Assembly (NCBI GenBank): GCA_963665235.2
Contig: CAXXLX010000001.1
Span: 1,312,001-1,376,000, forward strand
Direction of reading: 5' to 3'
Length of the DNA: 64,000 nt
From: Candidatus Poribacteria bacterium
GTDB lineage: Bacteria > Poribacteria > WGA-4E > WGA-3G
Part shown: in pieces, positions 58,751 through 64,000 of the stretch
Numbering within the stretch: the first letter of the stretch is position 1
Layout of the letters: every line of letters starts with the position of its first letter
Position numbers and translations under genes: made by a program
The notes under the pieces: model-generated
Told to the model about the DNA's origin: nothing
The model's database searches: none
Seen by the model: only the letters and a program-made list of their open reading frames with translations

Positions 58751-58825
58751 GTAAACGATAGACCGCAAATCGGGGCTGGACATCACGTCCAACCCCCGAT
58801 AGCGCGGCTATGAAGGAGAATATGA

Positions 58826-59854
58826 ATGTCTATCACAAAGCAAAAATTGCTATGCGGTGTAATACCCGTTTTACTTCTTATCCTAGCTGTGTCACCTGTC
58901 TGTTTTGCCGAAGGGGAAGTTAACGCTATGCCCCATTTACGGCTTGGCGCAGGGGCCCGCTCGATTGGCTTAGGCGGCGCTTTCACAGCTATTGCGGAAG
59001 ATGCTACCGCCACCGTCTGGAACCCAGCCGGCCTCGGTTCATCATCCGACCTGAATCTTAATATTTCCACACAGCGGCTCTCCTTAGATAGAAGCCATAC
59101 GTTCATCGCGCTCACAAAAACGCTCGGCACTTATGGCTCCATCGGAATCGCTGCAACGAATTTCGGTGTCAGTGATTACGACTTATACGACGCAAAAGGC
59201 GAATACGGCGGTCAATCTAATTACAGCGCAAACGCCTACTCCCTCTCTTACGGAGTCGCCTTCGGACAATTCAATGCTGGACTCACAGGCCGAATATTGA
59301 CAGACAACTTCGGCGTTGAGAGCGTCGAAAACCAAAGCGGTTTCGGCGGCGTAGATATCGGATTGATGGGACATGCACTCCCTATAGATGTACCCGCAAA
59401 ATTTAAGCACCATGCACTACACGTACATGAAAACGGCGCAGAGGGAGAAGACCTGAGCGTGCCGACTTTCCATTACGGGCTCGCTGCGAAATACCTCGGG
59501 GCATCCCTTGGTGAAGCCACGGTCCCCATGGTCGTCAGCTTCGGACTAGCTTATGACCTCTATATGGGCAACGCTGTCACATTCGCTGCCGATATTGAGC
59601 ACGAGTTTGTCAAACTTGACGAGAGCACGACAAGCCTGCGCGTCGGCACAGAGTACACCATTGTTACTACGAAACACACAGCATTTGCCATCCGTGGCGG
59701 AGTCAAAGCCTCCCGCGACGCGCAAAATCTATTCGGTGGATTTGGTATAAACATCGGCGGTTTGCAGATTGACTATGCTATCCAAGATGGCATGGCAAGT
59801 GAAATCAACGGAGTCGGATCAACGCATTTTGCTTCTGTCTCCTATAGATATTAA
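58826..59854 (+). CDS. PorV/PorQ-family (FadL-like) outer-membrane barrel
   Basis: GAGARSIGLGGAFTAIAEDATATVWNPAGL; terminal YRY. Confidence 0.85.
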   Translation: MSITKQKLLCGVIPVLLLILAVSPVCFAEGEVNAMPHLRLGAGARSIGLGGAFTAIAEDATATVWNPAGLGSSSDLNLNISTQRLSLDRSHTFIALTKTLGTYGSIGIAATNFGVSDYDLYDAKGEYGGQSNYSANAYSLSYGVAFGQFNAGLTGRILTDNFGVESVENQSGFGGVDIGLMGHALPIDVPAKFKHHALHVHENGAEGEDLSVPTFHYGLAAKYLGASLGEATVPMVVSFGLAYDLYMGNAVTFAADIEHEFVKLDESTTSLRVGTEYTIVTTKHTAFAIRGGVKASRDAQNLFGGFGINIGGLQIDYAIQDGMASEINGVGSTHFASVSYRY

Positions 59855-59874
59855 TACCTAAAAGGAGGAAACCG

Positions 59875-60738
59875 ATGAAAATGATAAAAGCCACTCTCAA
59901 GCTAGCACTGATTCTCTATATCTGCGCGGCACTCAGTGGCGTTTACGTGTTATCCGCATCCGCGAGAATCACACCCCACGATGGCGATGAAAGCACTACG
60001 CTCATCACCATCGAAAAGGGCGATACCCTCTGGCATCTCTGCCAAGAACATTTGAAAGATCCGCTCCGATGGCGTGAATTGAGCAAATACAACGACTTCA
60101 CGAATCCACACCTCATCTATCCAGGCGAAAAACTCCGTATCCCCATCGCTATGATGAAAGAGATGGAAGATGAACTTGGAAAAGAAAATGAGGAACTTCA
60201 GTCACAACTTGACGAAGCAGTCGCCAAGTCAAAACAACTTGAAGCGAAAGTCGCAGCTGCCGAAAAAGACGCTAAAGGCCTTCAAGCTCAACTTGATAAA
60301 GCCGCAGCACAACTTAAGGCTCTTGAGGCCGCATTGAAATCACAAGAAGCACTCACACAAGCAGTGACCAAATCTGTGGACAACGTGAATGATAGCCTCA
60401 AAAAAGAACTGGCCGCAGCCCATGAAGCACTTCAGAAAAAAATGAACCAAGCCAACCGACGCGTCAACGCATTAGAAAAGATGCTCACTGAACAGAATGC
60501 TGCTCTGGAAGAATCGCAGAAAAAACTGATGGCGGTTCATCAAAGTACTGAAGCACTTTTAAAACAGATTGAAGCGAACCAGCAAGGCATCGCAGAAATC
60601 AAAAGACTAATCGAAGACGCAAAAGGGTTCCACGAGAAACCCTCCCCCGGGAAACGGGCACTTGTGTTCGTTACCACAGTTGCAGCGGGTATCGGATGGT
60701 TTGCAATCAAGGCTATCGGCGGAAGAAGTAGTGACTAG
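59875..60738 (+). CDS. LysM and coiled-coil protein with a C-terminal TM anchor
   Basis: KGDTLW..NPHLIYPGEKL LysM motif, long heptad region, C-terminal hydrophobic helix. Confidence 0.85.
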   Translation: MKMIKATLKLALILYICAALSGVYVLSASARITPHDGDESTTLITIEKGDTLWHLCQEHLKDPLRWRELSKYNDFTNPHLIYPGEKLRIPIAMMKEMEDELGKENEELQSQLDEAVAKSKQLEAKVAAAEKDAKGLQAQLDKAAAQLKALEAALKSQEALTQAVTKSVDNVNDSLKKELAAAHEALQKKMNQANRRVNALEKMLTEQNAALEESQKKLMAVHQSTEALLKQIEANQQGIAEIKRLIEDAKGFHEKPSPGKRALVFVTTVAAGIGWFAIKAIGGRSSD

Positions 60739-60831
60739 CAGCAACCTAGCCGCTAATACCGATTTACAAAAAAGCAGGGAGGGTGTTTGTATGCCTTCTC
60801 TGCTTTTTTCTTATTAAGTAGAGATACGCCT

Positions 60832-61698
60832 ATGAAAGCAATCTTTAACCGCCGAACCCATTCAACACAGCACAGCATTATCGCAGCTGTCCTTACTCTC
60901 ATGTTAACCTTTGGTACGGGGTGTGCCTTTAGCCTCAGCACCCTAGGAAGTGCTGGAAATGCTGCCGTTGAGACGTTGCGTGACATCAACATCTTCACCG
61001 ATGCTGAGGAGGTACAATTCGGTCTAGCATACGTTGCGGAGCATGAGAAGGAGATAAGACTTTACCATGACCCTGTTGTGAACAACTATATCAACGGGCT
61101 TGGTCAGTCGCTCGTTCGGCACAGCAAACGTAATAATATCCGCTACACGTTTAAGGTTGTTGATACAAAAGGAGCTAACGCCTATGCTATACCGGGAGGG
61201 TTCATTTACATTCACCTCGATCTCATCCGAATAGCGAAAACAGAATCGGAGTTAGCGGCTGTTATCGGACACGAAATTGGGCACATTGTTGGGCAACATT
61301 CTATGAAACAGCTCACACAAGTTTACAGTCTTGAGCTTGTAAAGCAGCTTATCTTAGATGAAGACTCAGGCGCGCTGAAAAAGATAATTGCGGATATCCT
61401 CGCTGCAGGGCTTCTCTTCAGATACAGTCGCGATTATGAGCGGGAAGCGGATAGATACGGGGTGCAAAACATCTATGATGCAGGTATAGCCCCTGAGGGA
61501 GCAGCAAAATTCTTTGAAACTTTGCGGGCACAACAGAGACGAAACCCGACTACCCTGGAAAAATTGCTTTCAACGCATCCAGTTCATAGCGAGCGCATCG
61601 CAAATGTTAATTCGCAGATTAGGAGTTTACCCTTTAAGCCTGGACTTCGCACAGACTCCACCGCTTTCCGGCAGGTGAAGCGACGGCTAGGCCAATAG
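60832..61698 (+). CDS. M48-family metalloprotease lipoprotein
   Basis: NAYAIPGG, HEIGH, YSRDYEREAD, THP; lipobox-like FGTGC. Confidence 0.9.
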   Translation: MKAIFNRRTHSTQHSIIAAVLTLMLTFGTGCAFSLSTLGSAGNAAVETLRDINIFTDAEEVQFGLAYVAEHEKEIRLYHDPVVNNYINGLGQSLVRHSKRNNIRYTFKVVDTKGANAYAIPGGFIYIHLDLIRIAKTESELAAVIGHEIGHIVGQHSMKQLTQVYSLELVKQLILDEDSGALKKIIADILAAGLLFRYSRDYEREADRYGVQNIYDAGIAPEGAAKFFETLRAQQRRNPTTLEKLLSTHPVHSERIANVNSQIRSLPFKPGLRTDSTAFRQVKRRLGQ

Positions 61699-61956
61699 TG
61701 ACGAGAATATGTTTAACATCGCTCTGATGGGCAATGTTTACACACTTTTGCGGTTCTGTGGTTGTAATTTACTTGACAATTTTTGACAAAAATTGTATCA
61801 TGTGCGTTAATATTAGAAAATGGACAGCACCAGAGCTAAATGGTTTATTCGCCAAATATTTATGATATATAAAACTCAGGTAATAGCACCAAAAATCCTT
61901 CCCCCCCGCCTGCTGGGGGGTTAGGGGGGGTATTTAGCGCGTTTAAAAGTTAAAAC

Positions 61957-62568
61957 ATGGTATCAAATACTTCAACAGATGTCCTGCTTCTCTCGAACAA
62001 GGCAATCCAGCTCTACGGAGATAGAGCCGGTAGACGGGGCAACTTCAAATTCGCAGGGCTCGCTGAGCTCCAATCGGCAAAAGTCGTTTTACTACAAGGC
62101 GACGTTGAGAGTCTTTATCAACCCGCCGATTGGCGGCGCTGCTTGCGTCTCGTAACCCTTGCAGACCGACTCAAAAAACCGCTAGTGTTCTGGAACCTGC
62201 CGCTTGTACGTATCGCTACGACGCAGCATCCAACTTCATTAGCATTGGGCACAGCAATTCAGAAAGCCGAAGTGCAATTATTAAAGTTTCCGCACCCTAT
62301 TCTCACTGTTTTCGATCAGGAGTACGAATTGCAGAACGCCATACAGGAATTGGGATGGGGAGACGGAACCGTTCTCGTCAAACCGCCTGAAGTAGACCTA
62401 CCCGAATTGCCGGATGTTCAGCAGTCCAACGTGAAAATTGTTTATCGCCAAGCAGACGTTCCAGCACAAATTGTGGAACTTTTACAAGACCTGTCCGAGA
62501 TTCCGGGCACGGAATTAGTTGCGAACCGGTTAGAATCGCTGCGCTTGCTCACAGAGAGGGACCGTTAG
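61957..62568 (+). CDS. Degenerate AccA (carboxyltransferase alpha)-like protein
   Basis: LYGDR, GLA, RCLRLVTLADRLKKP and AI..LLKFPHPI align by eye with AccA; the Gly-rich catalytic motifs are missing. Confidence 0.55.
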   Translation: MVSNTSTDVLLLSNKAIQLYGDRAGRRGNFKFAGLAELQSAKVVLLQGDVESLYQPADWRRCLRLVTLADRLKKPLVFWNLPLVRIATTQHPTSLALGTAIQKAEVQLLKFPHPILTVFDQEYELQNAIQELGWGDGTVLVKPPEVDLPELPDVQQSNVKIVYRQADVPAQIVELLQDLSEIPGTELVANRLESLRLLTERDR

Positions 62569-62610
62569 CCTGAGGCAAGTCCAATCCATCTGGTAGGGAG
62601 TACCGCCCGC

Positions 62611-63234
62611 ATGTTTGAAGTTAAATTAAGACCCCGTCTTGAGGCGATGCTTGCTGTTGTCGCCAAAAAAATGGTTGCTATAGGAATCACCGCAAATATG
62701 GTGACGTTTTCCGGATTGCTCGTTAACCTCGTTGCAACCTTCTGTTTAGCAAGAGGATATTTGGTTGCAGGCGGTATTCTCTTACTGTTTGGGGGGAGTT
62801 TTGATATGATAGATGGAGCTGTGGCACGGGCCCAATCCACTCGTCATCCCTCCGGGGCACTCCTGGACTCCGTAATTGACCGCTATTCGGAGGGGTTTCT
62901 CTTTCTTGGTGCCCTCATCTATTTCTACAGCTTGGAAAATCTGCTGGGCATAATTTTTGCGTTTGGGGCGTGGTTCGGTTCAATCCTCGTCAGTTATGTG
63001 AGAGCAAGAGCCGAAGGATTACAAGCAACTTGTAAGGTAGGGCTCATGCAGCGTCCGGAGCGTATTGTCCTCTTCGGTTTTGGCGTTCTGCTCCAAGGCG
63101 CGCTTTCACCCTTTATCCCCAGGCTCAGCACCGACGGCTTAATCCTGCTCTGTGCACTCGGCATCTTGACGCTTTTCTCACATATCACCGCTATCCATCG
63201 GCTGATTTTCTCCTACCGCGAATTGGAACGTTAA
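62611..63234 (+). CDS. CDP-alcohol phosphatidyltransferase family protein
   Basis: DMIDGAVAR..GALLDSVIDR signature; SYVRARAEG. Confidence 0.93.
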   Translation: MFEVKLRPRLEAMLAVVAKKMVAIGITANMVTFSGLLVNLVATFCLARGYLVAGGILLLFGGSFDMIDGAVARAQSTRHPSGALLDSVIDRYSEGFLFLGALIYFYSLENLLGIIFAFGAWFGSILVSYVRARAEGLQATCKVGLMQRPERIVLFGFGVLLQGALSPFIPRLSTDGLILLCALGILTLFSHITAIHRLIFSYRELER

Positions 63235-64000
63235 GGCGTAAGGTTGAGAAGGGATTTAATATCCCAACCAAGCGGTTTCAAAGCCAGATCAGCGGCGTAA
63301 ACCGTGACAGTGATAACCAGCACGACTTTAATCCATTTTTCGCCTGCGTTGACTGCCCAATGGCTGCCAATCCAAGCACCCGTAGCGTTCCCAAACGCCA
63401 ATGTTATTCCTAACACCCAATTGACCTGTCCTTGACTGACGAAAATACCGAGGGCAATAATGGTATAGAAGAAAATAATAAAGACCTTTAATGCGTTAGT
63501 AATAATCAGGTCATCCCCATCAATAATTCGCAACGCGGCGATAATCAACAAACCAACGCCTGCCTGAATAAACCCGCCATAAATTCCGACAAAAAAGAGC
63601 ACCACGCTTGTGATAATTCTGTGGTGTGTATCGCTGGGGTTAATTTTATCGTGCAGCCATTCTGTCGGGTTGAAAAGGGTTAAAAGGAGCATCCCGATCA
63701 TTACAACTGCCAGAATGGGTTCAAAAACATTATCCTCTGTCTGGGTAGCAATGTAAGCACCAATAGCTGCGCCAATAGCTGCGGGTATCGTGAGTGCGAT
63801 TGCGTATCGAAAATTTGAAACGCCTTTTCGGCGAAATCCAAAAATCGCGCTAAAGGTTTGCAAAAGAATCGCCACCCGATTTGTACCGTTCGCTAGGGGC
63901 GTTACGTTTGTTTTTATGCCAGTGGCAAAAGGTAAAAGAAATATGAGTGTGGGCAGCGTCAACAGTGACCCGCCACAAGCGAGTGTATTTAGAAAACCAG
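63231..64000 (-). CDS. TauE/SafE-family sulfite exporter (5' end beyond the window)
   Basis: GFLNTLACGGSLLTLP at the window edge; ANGTNRV, YGGFIQAGVG. Confidence 0.9.
   Translation of the reverse strand, partial: GFLNTLACGGSLLTLPTLIFLLPFATGIKTNVTPLANGTNRVAILLQTFSAIFGFRRKGVSNFRYAIALTIPAAIGAAIGAYIATQTEDNVFEPILAVVMIGMLLLTLFNPTEWLHDKINPSDTHHRIITSVVLFFVGIYGGFIQAGVGLLIIAALRIIDGDDLIITNALKVFIIFFYTIIALGIFVSQGQVNWVLGITLAFGNATGAWIGSHWAVNAGEKWIKVVLVITVTVYAADLALKPLGWDIKSLLNLTP

Overview
Bacterial chromosomal window of moderate GC content. By inference it comes from a Candidatus Poribacteria-like organism: it has two PhyH dioxygenases, a giant surface protein with a C-terminal PNPF/FlgD-Ig sorting domain plus a PorV-like barrel, and many small intergenic repeat elements. 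From left to right: (1) a nested non-coding repeat mosaic (120-1136); (2) a four-gene metal/redox operon made of a Cys-rich leader ending in an RGPP ribosome-arrest-like motif, a His-rich exported protein, an FMN-bind-like/cytochrome b562-like fusion and a Cyc2-like monoheme cytochrome-porin fusion; (3) a small accessory/defence island with tandem MNT-HEPN fusions and a type III Mod remnant; (4) rpsA-metK-ahcY-pfkB; (5) a catabolic cluster; (6) tRNA-Leu; (7) rpoZ, a tRNA cluster and rpmG-secE-nusG-rplKAJL, lacking tuf and rpoBC; (8) hemE-MBL/TPR-hemH-hemY; (9) a duplicated gene with Rpn-like repeats; (10) a 3245-aa Ig-repeat surface protein with PorV and LysM neighbours. The best candidate for an undescribed system is the operon at 1242-5561. 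A tRNA-Tyr with an archaeal/eukaryotic-type C1:G72 pair is also notable. All calls were made by eye; no database searches were run.
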